Shown in pieces: positions 1 to 13,363 of a stretch of 64,000 bases of DNA. Made by a program: the position numbers and the translations under genes. This DNA comes from Calcarisporiella thermophila CBS 279.70. Lineage: Eukaryota > Fungi > Calcarisporiellomycota. The stretch covers positions 28,792-92,791 of the forward strand of contig NW_027192193.1 in NCBI RefSeq assembly GCF_041956535.1, written 5' to 3'. The notes under the pieces were generated by a model. The model ran no database searches and was not told the DNA's origin. It was given only the letters and a program-made list of their open reading frames with translations. The stretch's first letter is position 1, and the number at the start of each line of letters is the position of its first letter.

Positions 1-452
1 GTTATCCCTTCTATCTGTCTTCTTTCCTTTTATTAATATACTCTTAATCAGTTCCAACAAAATAAATATCCGTGATATTACCTGCATTCTTAATAACAAC
101 TGTGGAGATACATACACGGCAAGGATTAATAAAAAAATTGCCTAATCTTATCGTATTAGCTTTCATGAGCGATTATTACACCATATGGGAATATAATAAA
201 CGCGAGTGTAACTTAAAAGTTTCTTAATAAATAGTTCTGCACTTTTTATCCAATAACTAGTGGATTTGTGAATATATTTTTCTATGGTGGCACAACCAGG
301 AAATAACCCCTTGTAGTTTGAGAGATAATGGCGTTTTTCTGTATTTAAAAAAGCTTTTGCTCGCAAACACCTGATGTCTTTCTGAATTCTTTGAGTATTG
401 AGCCTACACTTAGCGAGTCGAGCAACTTCATGCATATATGAAATAATTCATT

Positions 453-1159
453 ATGTCTGCTCCAAATTTGACGCTATACACTGCCGCCACACCTAATGGC
501 TTTAAGCCATCCATAACGCTTGAAGAACTCGGTTTGCCGTACAATGTAAAAGCAATCTCTTTGAGTCAAAACGAACAAAAGTCAGAGTGGTTTACCAAAA
601 TCAATCCAAATGGGCGTATTCCGGCTTTGACCGATCATTCCAGGGGCGAATTTAACGTTTTCGAATCAGGCGCTATCATGATTTACCTTTGTGAACATTA
701 TGATCCCTCTGGTAAACTCTATCCCAAAGATCCCAATGCTCGTTCCGAGGTCTTGCAATGGCTTATGTTCCAAATGGGAGGGGTGGGGCCAATGCAAGGC
801 CAAGCCAATCATTTTTTTAAGTTTGCTCCCGAGAAGATTGAATATGGAATAAAGAGGTATCAAAATGAGACAAGGCGATTGTATGAAGTTATTGAGAAAC
901 AGCTCTCGCAAGGAAGGGAATGGCTAGCTGGTGGACAATATTCTTTAGCGGATATTGCAAATTTTACATGGTTGATCAGCCCCTATTAGAATATAGATGT
1001 TGTAGAGAAGTTATTAATTTAACATTTACCTCTAGGGTTCGTAGTCACGATTTCGCCGGGGTCTCTATTGACGATCTTCCCAACATCAAGAATTGGCTTG
1101 CTCGTATAGAATCACGTCCAGCGGTGCAGAAAGGATTGAAGATTTTAGATCGGGCTTAA
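453..1159 (+). CDS. Glutathione S-transferase, Ure2p/YfcG-like (2 exons: 453-970, 1036-1159)
   Basis: TPNG N-terminal motif, [33 protein letters not shown] intron 971-1035 restores frame (FTW|VRSHD) through to SRPAVQKG. Confidence 0.92.
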
Positions 1160-1588
1160 AATTTAAGCTGATTGTTTTTTTCATATTGATATAAGACTTA
1201 TAAGACATCTCGAAATCAGGGATTTTGAGAGGGGGGTAATTCAAAAAATAATTGAAAATTTTAGTTGTTGTCGGAGGATAGATTTAAATAGGGTGAAAGA
1301 TTGAACTCGGGAATAATTTATTCTAGTAAGATTATATAAATAATAAAAATGATGGCAAAATTTCATAGGCACTGAACATAAGATCCGAACAAACGATTAT
1401 AACAAAGGGTAATTCTATTTGTACCCGGGTATAACTATTAATTACTGCTAAGTTGGTTAATTATTTTGTTTTATTTAACAGCAAGTTACACATTTACTTT
1501 TATTACTCACGCCTAAAATTAAAATTTTGTTTTTCTCAGGTTGATCGTAGCCTTTAGAATTTAAATCTTTTCATTATTCTTTGTAAAA

Positions 1589-3466
1589 ATGACCATCTCC
1601 ATTTCTGATATCAAATTCCGTATGTTCAAAGATCAAGACGAAATAAATGAATGAACGAACGGTTATGCAGTTAGTATTGGGTTTGAATGGAGGGTAGAGC
1701 ACTCAGATCTTACAACTGGATTCCTCACTGCTTTGACTATTTCATGTTCACGATCAGGCCAACACAGTTCGAATAACGAAATACCTATGAGAACCGTATC
1801 AACAGTGAAGTGCGATTGTCCTTTCATATTGCGATTTCGATTTTCAAAAGCCGTAAATGCTTATCGCGTTACCTCTGGTAATATCGAGCATAATCATCCT
1901 TTGGAGCCCGAAGATATCCGTTTTGCTCGCAGATTTCGTAGACCCGAACCTGAAACAGTTCAGTTTGCCCAGAACATTGTTCAATTTGAATGTGGTGTTT
2001 CTCTCGCAACCCATCTTTTTTGTAGCTAGGTTGTATCCATTCAGGCAAAGGATATCCATAATGCTTTAGTGACAATTACTAGAAGAGAAAAGGGTGAGCT
2101 GTCCGAAATTGCTGCCTTGTTGACCAATCTTGAGAATACAATCGAATATACCGTCAAATACGTATTGGAAAATGGCAAGTTGCAAAACATATTTTGGATG
2201 CGTAACTCGCATGTTTCACTTGCGGACAAGTGTCCTGAGGTCGTGATTGCTGATAGTACCTATCGTACCAACCACTTCAACCTTCCTTACTTGGTTTTAG
2301 TCGGTGTAGATGAAAATATCAAAACGCTTTTGATGGGAATTGCGCTACTAAAACGCGAATCTACCCATGTATTTACGTTGGCGCTCCAGCAATTAATAAC
2401 TTGTTTGAAAAGAGAATCAACTGAGAGTACACGAACAGTGATTAGCGATTCCGACCCAGCGTTCATAAGTGCTGTCCGTAATGGTATCCCACATGCTTAG
2501 CACCAGCTTTGTTCATGGCATATAACAAAGGATATACAAGTGCATTTGAGCCGGAAGGTTGAGAACTACAAAGACTTTGCAAAAGAGCTTACTAAGCTGT
2601 TAAGCTCACAGACACCAGACGAATTCAACAAGCATTACAATGAGATAATTAAAGCATACCCCAATACAGCAGTTTATCTGGTATAATCGTAGTGAAATGT
2701 GGGCAGAGGCATTTGTCTCGGATTACACTAATCTTGGCGTACATTCGATTCAGCGTGTAGAAGGGCAACATGCAGTTCTCAAGCGTTTCACCACCACTCA
2801 GGCCAGTCTTAGCAAACTCTTCGACTCTTTCGAGATACTTTTTAATGAGCAGGAAAAACATTGAGCTTTTTGTCTTTATCAAGCTAGAAAGCGACGCAAG
2901 CTTTATCCCCCACATCCATTCGGCAACTTGGAAGATAAAATCTCTGAATTCGCGATGGAAAAACTTATTGAACAATATCACCGTATAGAAGATTTCGATC
3001 TTGTCGAAAAAGATGGGTTATATTTGTTCAGCGGTAAAGATAGTTATTATAGCATTATAGCGGGCAGGAGAAGGTAGTAGTTAACCACCTTATTTTAATA
3101 TAGAAAAATACTATCCAATATCGCACAGCAGTCATATATCAGTCTGCGGCTGCAGCTCGGTAAAGCGATATCTTTTCCCGTGTGCCCACTTCTCTTTTTC
3201 GTAAAAAGCAAGGCAAGAATATGATCTATGAATCGGAGATAGCACAACGCTGGTTCATACCACCGCACAGATCTACCATATTGGAAAGCACTGAGCCGTC
3301 AAATTTTGAGCAGCAATCCTCTAAATCTCTGGAGCCTTGGGAAATTGCTAAAACGGGATTTCCAAAATTTGTGAACGACGTTGTGTTCACCTTGATTAAC
3401 CGTGCTATATCAACTGCTCAACAGCTTGTTCAACATCTTCCTAATAAACAGAATATTCTGATTTAA
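1589..3466 (+). pseudogene. Degenerate Mutator/MULE (FAR1-like) transposase
   Basis: Fragments give CSRSG..KCDCPF..HNHPL (WRKY/FAR1-type DNA-binding domain), DSTYRTNHFNLP..VGVD, VISDSDPA..HA*HQLCSWH (MULE DDE), and a SWIM-like CGC..PCAH remnant. Several in-frame stops and frameshifts; no TIRs found. Confidence 0.85.
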
Positions 3467-4079
3467 AAGTTGATTAAGAAGATTTTAGACGAGAGTCGGG
3501 GACCAAAAGAAGCTCACAAACATACAGAATGAAAATGAATACAAATAAAACCTGAGTTATATTTGTTTAAACTAAAATCATAATATTATACAAAAAAAAA
3601 ATTACTAATAATTTTCAGGCTGAAAAAAAAAAATAGGGGACTAACGGCTTGATTTCATTCTACTATAACGCCAAGTAATCGGATTTAATTACGCAGTAGT
3701 TTAAAATACCGCCCACTTTGCTCTTAACTCTAGAGTGGAAATCATATATTAGCATGAGTTGGCCACGATTTAAGGTTTGTGATCCCTAGCTCGAGCCACT
3801 TGGTAAATGATTTAAAAGAGAAATTCGGCTCTTAACAAAAGAGTGTGACTTTCATTTCCTAGTTAGGATATTTTTTTGCTTGACGCCTCTTGAGCAAATG
3901 TTAATTATTACTTTATTAGTCCATTTTGATTTCGACTCTAAAGGGGAAAAACTGCTTGTATCACACTTTTATCAAGTAATGGATTTCCACTTAAGAAAAG
4001 CATAAAAAGGCATTCAATCTTCAATTGCCCCATACAACTTCTTAGTCGCTTATATCCCAGTTCAATAAAAGTGGAAAAT

Positions 4080-5684
4080 ATGGACAATTCATCTAGCAAG
4101 CAGAAGAATCGCCCAGGATTAGTAGCTTCGTTGGTTTCGACAATAATGGCACCTTTTAGTTCCCATCGCACGGCCAAGTTAATTAGCTCTTTGGATCGAC
4201 CACCAATGACTGCACGCTTACTCTCAAGCGAGGTAATTTTTCCTAATCCCGCCAATGCCGCAAATCCAGCCGAAAAATCAATCACTCTTACAAAATGGGA
4301 TGATCTCGCAAAGTCAATGACTGTTCGAATATTTTTTTTCTATCGAAAGTCGTTGGATCTGGATAAACTTCGACAGGCTCTAATAGTCGCATTAGAAAAA
4401 GAGTTCCCGATCTTGGCTGGAAGACTTATTTGCGAGGATAATGGACAATGGAAAGTACTTCTATGGGAAGAGGAACAATCGAGTGCAGGAGCTGAGTGGC
4501 GTGTAGCCGAAACAAGTATACCGTTTGACACAATAGTTCCGCAATTTACTTCCGATGGTGGGATCGAAAGAAGCTCTCAAGGAAGAGAAAAACCCAAGCT
4601 TATGTGGCTAATAGGCAATCCTTCATGTCAAATCTCTGATTATGACGGAAGCCAAGGAAATAATCGGCATCGCCTTTTTCGCGCTCAAGTTACAAGATTT
4701 CCAGGTGGTGAAACCTGCGTCGCTGTGAATATCCCTCATATATTGGTTGATGGCGATGCAGCATTTTATTTTATGAAACGCTGGGCACAGATATCTCAAT
4801 CTCTTGATGTTATACCTCCCATTAATACGCTACCCAACCGCATTGATGCTATGTCGAAAATCACGAGCAATGCTGAGAAGGTTCCACGGGATTTCAAATC
4901 AACGTCAATCAAGAAATTAACCTGGTGGCAATCTTTGCTCATGAAATGGATGTTTTCTATTCTACTTCTCACGCAGGAGGAATCGGCTACGCATCAGATA
5001 TTCATAACAAAGGATCAGTTGGCAAAACTCAAAAGAGAAGCCACCCAGAATTTCGAGACCAGCAAGGACACAACAGCGGATGTTCAACCCTTAAGAATTT
5101 CAACCCTAGACGCACTTTCCGCTCATCTATGGAGATGCTTTCAGTCTGTTTATCGCTCTTCTTCCCCAGTGAGCTTTTCTCATGCAGTCAATCTTCGTCC
5201 ACGCTTAGCTGAATGTTTCCCGGATGGGGCGTATTACTTTGGAAATTTCTCAGAACCAATTTACACTGAGCCGATAGCCAACGTCGCAGAACAACCACTC
5301 AATGTCTTGGCTCATTCCATAAGAAAATCTATCCATAATTATGTTTCGCCAAGCAATCCTTCTGCACATATTCGCATGGTAAATTTTATTACTTGGCTTG
5401 TGACCCAGCCCGCCAATCAGAAGATGATATTTGGAGGAACTTTTAACGATACCCGTATGTCGAGTTGGCGCGATTTTCCCGCATATGAAGTGCAGTTTGC
5501 AGCATCCAAGGACGAGAATGGTGAGCAGAATATTGCCGAAGTCGAATTTGTCATGCAGCAAACGTCACCCGCACTTGGCATGGTTCTTGTGGTTCTTCCC
5601 TGCAAAGACGGAAGCGTATATTTGGATGTGTATGGAAAAAAATCAGCAATCAAAGACGTGATTAATGCTATGATTGATATATAG
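4080..5684 (+). CDS. BAHD/CoA-dependent acyltransferase (Transferase family), intronless
   Basis: FPILAGRL, catalytic HxxxD (HILVDG), AVNLRPRL, YFGN, SSW..FPAYEVQF. Confidence 0.85.
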   Translation: MDNSSSKQKNRPGLVASLVSTIMAPFSSHRTAKLISSLDRPPMTARLLSSEVIFPNPANAANPAEKSITLTKWDDLAKSMTVRIFFFYRKSLDLDKLRQALIVALEKEFPILAGRLICEDNGQWKVLLWEEEQSSAGAEWRVAETSIPFDTIVPQFTSDGGIERSSQGREKPKLMWLIGNPSCQISDYDGSQGNNRHRLFRAQVTRFPGGETCVAVNIPHILVDGDAAFYFMKRWAQISQSLDVIPPINTLPNRIDAMSKITSNAEKVPRDFKSTSIKKLTWWQSLLMKWMFSILLLTQEESATHQIFITKDQLAKLKREATQNFETSKDTTADVQPLRISTLDALSAHLWRCFQSVYRSSSPVSFSHAVNLRPRLAECFPDGAYYFGNFSEPIYTEPIANVAEQPLNVLAHSIRKSIHNYVSPSNPSAHIRMVNFITWLVTQPANQKMIFGGTFNDTRMSSWRDFPAYEVQFAASKDENGEQNIAEVEFVMQQTSPALGMVLVVLPCKDGSVYLDVYGKKSAIKDVINAMIDI

Positions 5685-6028
5685 TAGATTTAATAAAAAC
5701 TTGAATAGGTTCTAAGCATTGACTATTGATCTCATATTTTGTCAATAAAATCAAAGTAGCGATTATCTACCGGGAGAGAATTTTAATCTAAATATTAAGG
5801 TTCATGTGAGAATATCGCAACAGCTCTCATCTTCGTAGAAAAATCTTTATACACAAAATTTTGGAAGTAATTACTATAGAATACTAAATTTGTAAGTAAA
5901 TATTCATCCACTTTTATTCATAAAGTTATACACATTTAGAATTTCAACACTATTAAAGTACGGTAATTATTACATGCACTACAATCCGAGTTAAATGACA
6001 CTTCGACTACTGCTTTAATTGCTTAAAA

Positions 6029-7933
6029 TTATATCACCTTACTATCTGCCAATATTGTGTCGGCTGATTTCAACCCCAGCATATGGACGAATAGCACTGG
6101 GAAATAGCCAGGGACAGCTGGGAAGATGGTAGCATCAACTACACGCAAGTTTTTCACACCACGGACACGGAATTTACCGTCTAGAATGGACATAGAATCA
6201 GAATCCGCTCCAAGATTAGCAGTACAGCATGCGTGATGGCCAAAAGTTTCTTTGCGCACAAAATTTTCAATTTCTTTGTCTGTATTGACATCAAAACCCG
6301 GCTGGACTTCTCTGTATCCACTAAGCAATAATTATTTCTTGGACTCTTCTCGGAGTAACCTAAGTTCTTGCGTGAAGTCCTTGATATCTTCATCACCATT
6401 CTTCGCAAAATAGTTGAAATTAATATCTGGCATATCGAAAGGATCGCCAGATGTTAAACGAACTACCCCCGGGTTAGATGTGTGAGCCTTGAGAATAATC
6501 TGAGTTACGCTATCAAAATTTTTCGGAATATCTTGCGAAAAGCCAACGTAGAATTTAGGAAAATAGCCAGCAACAGTGTAAGTAAAGATGTCTAGCTCTC
6601 CACGATTAGGCTGAGATTTTCGTAGCACTCCTCCTATGACTTCATTGAATGTATACGGTCCGGTACTCTTATTGACATACTGATTATAGCAATAGTCATC
6701 CTGCGTAGCTTGAAGTTTGCAGTTCTTTAGAAGATTAAATATTCTAGGGAATTTGATGATATACGACGTTTCGTAATGGTCTTGGAGGTTGCTCGCAACT
6801 CCCGATAAGTGAACTTTTGCATCTCAAATAATCTTGATCCCCTATTCTACTCAGCATAAGTAATTGAGGAGTATTGAATGCGCCTGCGGAGACAATCACT
6901 TCGCACCGAGCTTTTACAATACCGCCAATGGCGTTTTGGCGATTTGCATTAGTAGAGAGTGGACTAGCTTTAAATAGGTACTTTCCCTGCTTATATTCAA
7001 CAGCCCGAGCTACTTTGTCATCGTCTATGATAACCCGGGTTGCAGATGTATTCGTCCAAATATCGAAATTTGAAAGTGAATTTGCAGTGTCGAGAATATA
7101 TCCAGCAAAATTGCCGCACTCCATTGTATTAGGATCCACATTCATTGGCACAAAAGCTGTTCCCTCTACACTATTTCCTAACGCGCCAGCAAAATAGAAG
7201 TTAAGATAGTGCTTTGGGTTTCCAACAAAAGCTAAGAACATATTATATAGCTAAAGTGATAAAATAGGAAGATGAGAGGTGAGCTTTGGGTTGAATGAAC
7301 ACTTGGTTAAAATTTTACTTGAAGATCAATGATCCGCAATAAATTGAGGCTTGCAAGGCCAACTAACTTCAGGGGATTGTAATAACTTATAGGGAACCAG
7401 CCGCTTTTCCCATGCAATCCGGGAGATGCTTTTAGTGGATAATAATTTCGTTCCGTGGTTTTGAAATACATTTCCCGCATATTAGACTCGCTGAATGTTT
7501 GATCGCCAGTTAGTCTCACAAGACTATCAAAATTCCTCTTGCTCGGATAGACAATATTCAATGCATTATGGATAGAACAGCCTCCAAACGCCCCTACTCG
7601 CGAATAGAACACTTTTCCTTGATATTGAGTTGAGTTCTCGATATATTTATTTGGGAAAAATGAGAACGAAATTGCTGGATCTTCGTCGGCATGAGTGTAA
7701 AATAAAGGCACAGTGACATTTTTATCAACGTGTGCTGGCCCCGCTTCCATCAATAATGTTGAAAATCCTGCTTTGGCAAGTTGTATCGCTACCAACCCGC
7801 CAGCAGATCCTCCTCCAACTATAATATAATCGTATTCTGCTGTATAATTGCTATTGATCCATGCTTGAGCATCGGCAGTGGTGATTAGGACAACAATAAT
7901 TAATGCTTTCAAAGTTCTTAGTATGTATTTCAT
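6029..7933 (-). pseudogene. Secreted GMC (glucose-methanol-choline) oxidoreductase, probably pseudogenised
   Basis: Signal peptide, YDYIIVGGGSAG FAD motif, EVIVSAGAFNTPQLLMLS, FGHHACCT, FRVRGVKNLRVVDATIFP. In-frame TAA at 6334-6332, frameshift near 6820, break near 7300. Confidence 0.8.
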
Positions 7934-8695
7934 AGTTTAAAGTATATTGAATTTTATTTTTAGCTCGATATTTACGTTCACGATTTATATTAAAATTTCT
8001 AGACATTGTATTTGCCAATCCAGGGATGGTTTCGAATAGCATATTTAAGAAAATTTTAGCGTAAATGGCAAACTAAACCTTTTTAACTAATTGCTTTACT
8101 TTAACCTTGAAAAACCTACATCCTATAAATCTTTAAAGGAACCTTGCTTGCTTCCTTGCTGAGCAGTTAGCCAAATATTTTATTCAAAACGCAACTTAAA
8201 TCTCCATATGAATTGCATATATCAAGTTTGATAAATACTTCGATTTTTAAATGATTGATTTCTTACCTGAAAATTGGACAAAAAGATATCAGGATCTCAG
8301 GGTTCTGGTTGCTGTAGACGCCAATAGGGCTTTTACAAAAATAATTTCAAATAACTATGACAAAAGGAATTTAAGAATTTAGCTTTTATTTTAGATTAGT
8401 TGAAGCCATTCAAATAATCCAAAATAGAAGCTAAAATAAAAGCTATGTGTTTTCGTCACTTGAAAATGTCTTAGTTTAACAATAAATTAGATCCTGACAT
8501 TTTATTATTGGTGTTCCATTATGAAATGAAACCTTATTTAATTCGCCTAGAATAAATGTAAATCTCAAAAATTTAAAAATTTCAGTTCTATGATATTATT
8601 AATATTGATATTATCTTAAATAAATATAAAGGTAATTATTAACATTAAATTAAAGATTAGACCCAAAAATGCAAATTTTGTGATAAGTTAATAAA

Positions 8696-9958
8696 TTAAA
8701 TATCAACTTTTGCTGCAACATTAAGCGGAAGATTAGATGTAACATTTTGATTAAACTGCCTAATGAATCCTTTAAGGCGGTTCTCTTGTGCGCGTACTTC
8801 TCTCACATTACCACCGTTCATAATAATCCATTGCTCAGGAGTACTCTTTGGCTCTCTAAGAATCTTGGGTTTAACATTGGACAAGCGGGTACTGTTTCTA
8901 GTTCCTTCAGCGGCAGAAAACTCAGCTTCTGCATCAGCAGCAGCTACATTCCTGGAGCCGGAATATTCATTGTAAACGTAACAATAGCCATCGCTTGTTG
9001 TGGACATAGCTGACCCTACACGTACATTAAATGGTTGCATTACTTCATTTAATGTCACATAAGTGCCATCCTTATTTCGGCCCTCGTATTGATTCGCTAA
9101 TCTTGGATTTCGCTTTTGCCAGTCTGCCCATAACTTGTCGATAAAGGCGTGATGCATATAAAAAAGAGGGCTGAAAAAAACATTAATACCCTTGTTTACG
9201 CTTACAATGTGACAACACTTACTCATTTGGGCTAGCCATGGTAAACATATCACCTCCAATTCCAACATGAATACCACTGTGAGGATTGCCTTCTAATGCT
9301 CTACGTAAAGTATCGTATCTATCACTGGTCAATATTATGTTCTGGAGAGCAACGGTGTCAACCACGTTGTCTTGCAAATTGATATTCCGCCGGAGACAAT
9401 GTGGGTAGTAATAATTGTTGCCATAATAATAAACCCTCCAATTGGCAAACGCTCCAGTGTTGACACAATTACCATTTCCCCCAAACCATTCATTAGAGAA
9501 TATCCTGCTCGAAGTAGGATTACTTGCATCTTCACCCCAGTTCTACATTGAAAAAACATTTAGGAAAATATATAACTTCATTGAATGTAAAGTATAATTA
9601 CCCAATAAGGGAGCACAACTCTGGGGTTGATGCTTTGAAGTGCTCTTTCATACTCTCGTAAGAAGTAGCGATGCCAAGGAAGAAATTGAGGCTGATAATG
9701 GGCGTTTTCTCTTGCTACTTGATGAATCCTGACCAATCGATCGAATCGGGTTGGTCTAACGCCCTGATTTAATGCTCTTACAGCGTTTAAGAAATCTCTT
9801 CGTTCTTGGTCAGAAAATTGTCGGAATTCTTTCCGCACCGAAATCGAACTGCAGGCGGCATTAACGATTGGGAAGAGTGAGATAAAAATAACTACCAAAA
9901 CGATATTAGAAATGGAATTTGGTAACGAGTTGGGAGAGAGAAAAGAGTTCAATTTCAT
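8696..9958 (-). CDS. Secreted tyrosinase (type-3 copper protein), 3 exons
   Basis: CuA: H..H..FLPWHR. CuB: LEGNPHSGIHVGIGGDM..SPNDPLFYMHHAFIDKLW after removing GT-AG introns (~9601-9543, ~9222-9171). N-terminal hydrophobic stretch. Confidence 0.92.
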
Positions 9959-12245
9959 TATTGCAAGGAACGTGGTAGAAATGAATGGTAGTGATGTAAT
10001 ACTAGTATTATATGATATATGAGAAAAATGAACGACTTGAGTTAATGTTTTTATTTTAGAAGTCTCTTTTTATATCGTTAAATGAGCGTGTTGGCAAATG
10101 AAACTGGTTAAACATTAGTTAATTCCTTGAAGACTTGTACGAATTTAATTTTCGTGGGAACCATTGTCGTCAAATAAATTAGCAAAATAATCAAATCCAT
10201 TGAACGAAGAGCGTCATTACAATAATATTTCACTTTGGTTGTATAAGCCAAGAGCATAGTTTCAGATCTAAAACAAACATATCAAATCTTAGACTTGCCC
10301 TAGAAAGTTTTGCTTTGAAAATTGGTTCAGTTCATAATTTGCCACCTATATTTTTTAATAATCCTACACAAATCTTGGAAAAATATAACGAATGATAGAT
10401 TAATTGGGGGCAAGAAATATATTCCGCTTCTTCTTCACATGAAATAGGATAATATTAGCGTTGGTTATATGTCATTATTTTAATCTTTTCAAAAAATTTA
10501 ATACATTCCGATATAAGATATGCTTATTTCTATAATACTTGACAGAAACTTTGAGACTCGATTTAGGTATCGAGACATTAGTTTTGGCAGGCGCATGCAC
10601 TGACCCAATAACTCGACGCATTCCTATTCAACGTTATTTTTACAAAACATAAAAGTTAACCACACACACCACGAGAAACATAAAACCCTGAGAATTCAAG
10701 GAATTGTGTAAAGTATCTTTATTGGTTTATTGCTGCGCGCTTGGACAACTACATAGTGTTTCAAATCGCCATCACCAGGAACTCTGCTTTTCTTCTTTCG
10801 TGGGAATTAATTGGCAAATATATGCAGCCTTACACTAGTGCCCTGCTTTGTTTTGTTATTGTTTATTACAAAACTACAATTATGATATATCGGTTAATAA
10901 CAATAGATATGGTTGTATTTAATAAATTATCTAAGCTTGTATATATGCAGAGAAAAATCTAGATTATGATGGGAACTATAATGTAATTCTCATATTAAAA
11001 ACGCTGGAGTAATTATTACGGTGAATTTTTTCAATTAACGTATTATTAAGAATTTAATTGAAAGGCAAATGTTTAGGATTCAAATTTCATATTCCAAGCA
11101 ATAATTTCTACGCTTTTCTCTATTGAGAAAAGTAGTTGATCATAGAACAATAAGATAAATATACGTCAATGTGATATAATTGCTGTTTCGTGATTAGGAG
11201 ATGACTTAACGATGAGATAATTAAACTTCTACATTTATAATGGCTTTTATTGAAAATATTTGCGTAGCATTATGTCACATCACCTATGGTTGTGGTAGCA
11301 CTGCCTTAATTTTCTTCCTTCAGTGGAAACAATGCAAGCACTGCTATTCATCGGATTAGAAACCATTTGTTGTTTCATATATTTAAGTTTGCGATATATT
11401 ATAGATGAAAAAACAAGAAATTATTTTTCATGCTATCATCATTTTTCTTCAGAAGTACATAGTTAGTCTAGAAACTTCAATTGCTGTATCTAATTTGACT
11501 TATGGCATATTCTTTTAATGCCCTTGACTTGCGTTGATAAACGTCAGACCATAAGAATTCCATGTAAGGCGCAGGGGATGTGAAGAGATTATGCATATTT
11601 TTCCTATTCTTTCATAAAAAAAAAGCTCTTTATTGAAATTTATCCCAAGGACGTTTATTGATAAAGACGAATCAAAGATCGTATGTTTATGCGTTGGATA
11701 TAGCCAGTCAATGACAGAAGTTACAGAATAAGTAAGCAGCTGTACTAGTAGAGAATATAGACACGACAAGACAGAGAAAGACAATGAGACAAAGAGAATG
11801 GCTGTAGAGAACCCAGATTAGACAAGATAAATACAGTGCTAATGGAGAAAGTAGACACTACAAGCAAGAAACGGTATTAGTGGAGAGTCCAGACATATTT
11901 ATGCTGGTGGGGAGAAAAATGATTTTGTTATACAGCAGTGAGAGGTTGAGTGCGATTCTCAAGACGGAGTTGGGACTGAGGCTTGATATTCAAAGGTGTC
12001 CTGGGTAAAGGTCACGGATTCAACTATAATGTTCAATCAGTTTCCCCTTGACAGTTTATTGATGAAATCTTTTTTCCGGTCCTGTTTCATTGCTGTTCAT
12101 CCCTTGGACTTTACTCCTCATGTAGTTCATGGTCAATATATTATTCACAAGGCTATGTTGTGGCTCGCTACGACTGTCCAGATTACTTGTGGCTGCTTAT
12201 GTGACTTCTCCGTAGCAAAAGCCATTTCCACATAACACTTTTGAC

Positions 12246-12534
12246 GTGTGCTAAAGAAGGGGTGCGTTGTAAGTTAAGATAGCATATGCGAATAGTAGTG
12301 GTTTCACGGACAATAGTTTGTTACAATTTAATATTCCGTAGCGAAACTTTGATTTAGCCTTCGGGTTATATTATCTGTCTTACTTTACGTAACTTGGATA
12401 TTTTAAGTGTATATATAGCCTTTAGATCCTATTCTTTGTAACAAAAATTCAACAAGAAGTAACTAGAATATTATTAGTTATATTTATACTTTCAATCTCC
12501 TTTCGAATATCTCCTTAAATCATTCAGAGCACAC
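12246..12534. repeat. ~290 bp solo-LTR-like/MITE-like repeat, copy 1
   Basis: GTGTGCT...AGCACAC terminal inverted repeat, internal TATA-like box, clearly homologous to 18012-18283. Confidence 0.7.
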
Positions 12535-13363
12535 CAAGTTTCTGCTGTGAAACATGGTGTCTCTAACCAAAGAGTAACTGTAACAGAACAATAGTCGGTC
12601 GGATTATCACCATGAGAATCGAGCGATTCAGAATAGCTCATCAATGACTTAAGGCTAAGTTCGAAGTAGCCACCTTTGTTGTTTTTCATTGTTGATCAGT
12701 TGTTTATTGTCATTTGTTATTACCTTAATTCTTTGGAAATTTTATATTTTCTCACCTTTGTGTTATATTTTAGAACGAGCTGATTAAACAAACTTTTTAA
12801 CAAAAACAGAACAAGCTTGAATAAAATTATTAAAGCGGTAGTAATTTGCCTAAAATCTATTAAACTAACATAGAAATAATTGTGCATAAAGCTAAAGAAG
12901 GAGTTATTTGTGGCTTGAGTGGCGCAGCTATGACTGTCTATAGGAAATACCGATATTAATGGGGTGGTTCACGCTACCGATTTTTCTGATTATTCGCTTA
13001 AAATTAAGCGAAATCCTGCATTTTAACTGGCTAATTTGGTTTCAGCAGAATACTCAGAAAATCGTAATAATCGCTTGAAAATAATCACCTCTCGAGTCGC
13101 GTTTTTGGCTGAAATGAATTTATCATAACTCGATTCACTAGTTAAAATATCTTATCTTTATCACAGTGGGAAGTTCCATTAAATTATGCATGATGAAGAT
13201 TTAGTACATTACAGGGGTTACCCAGACAATATCCAGGGTTCAATAACAAGGTTCAAAGAATTATATAGATGAACTACTATAATACGAAAGGAAAAAAAAA
13301 TGCTCCATTAATACAGCTTGGTTATAAAAGATTTATTAGAAGATCGGTTTACTTTTTTTAAAA

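Noticed and set aside
11900-12240. Possible decayed LINE 3' end, and a short match (TGCTGGTGGGG) to the SINE head
   Set aside because: Only weak Trp-pattern similarity; the short match is compatible with chance.
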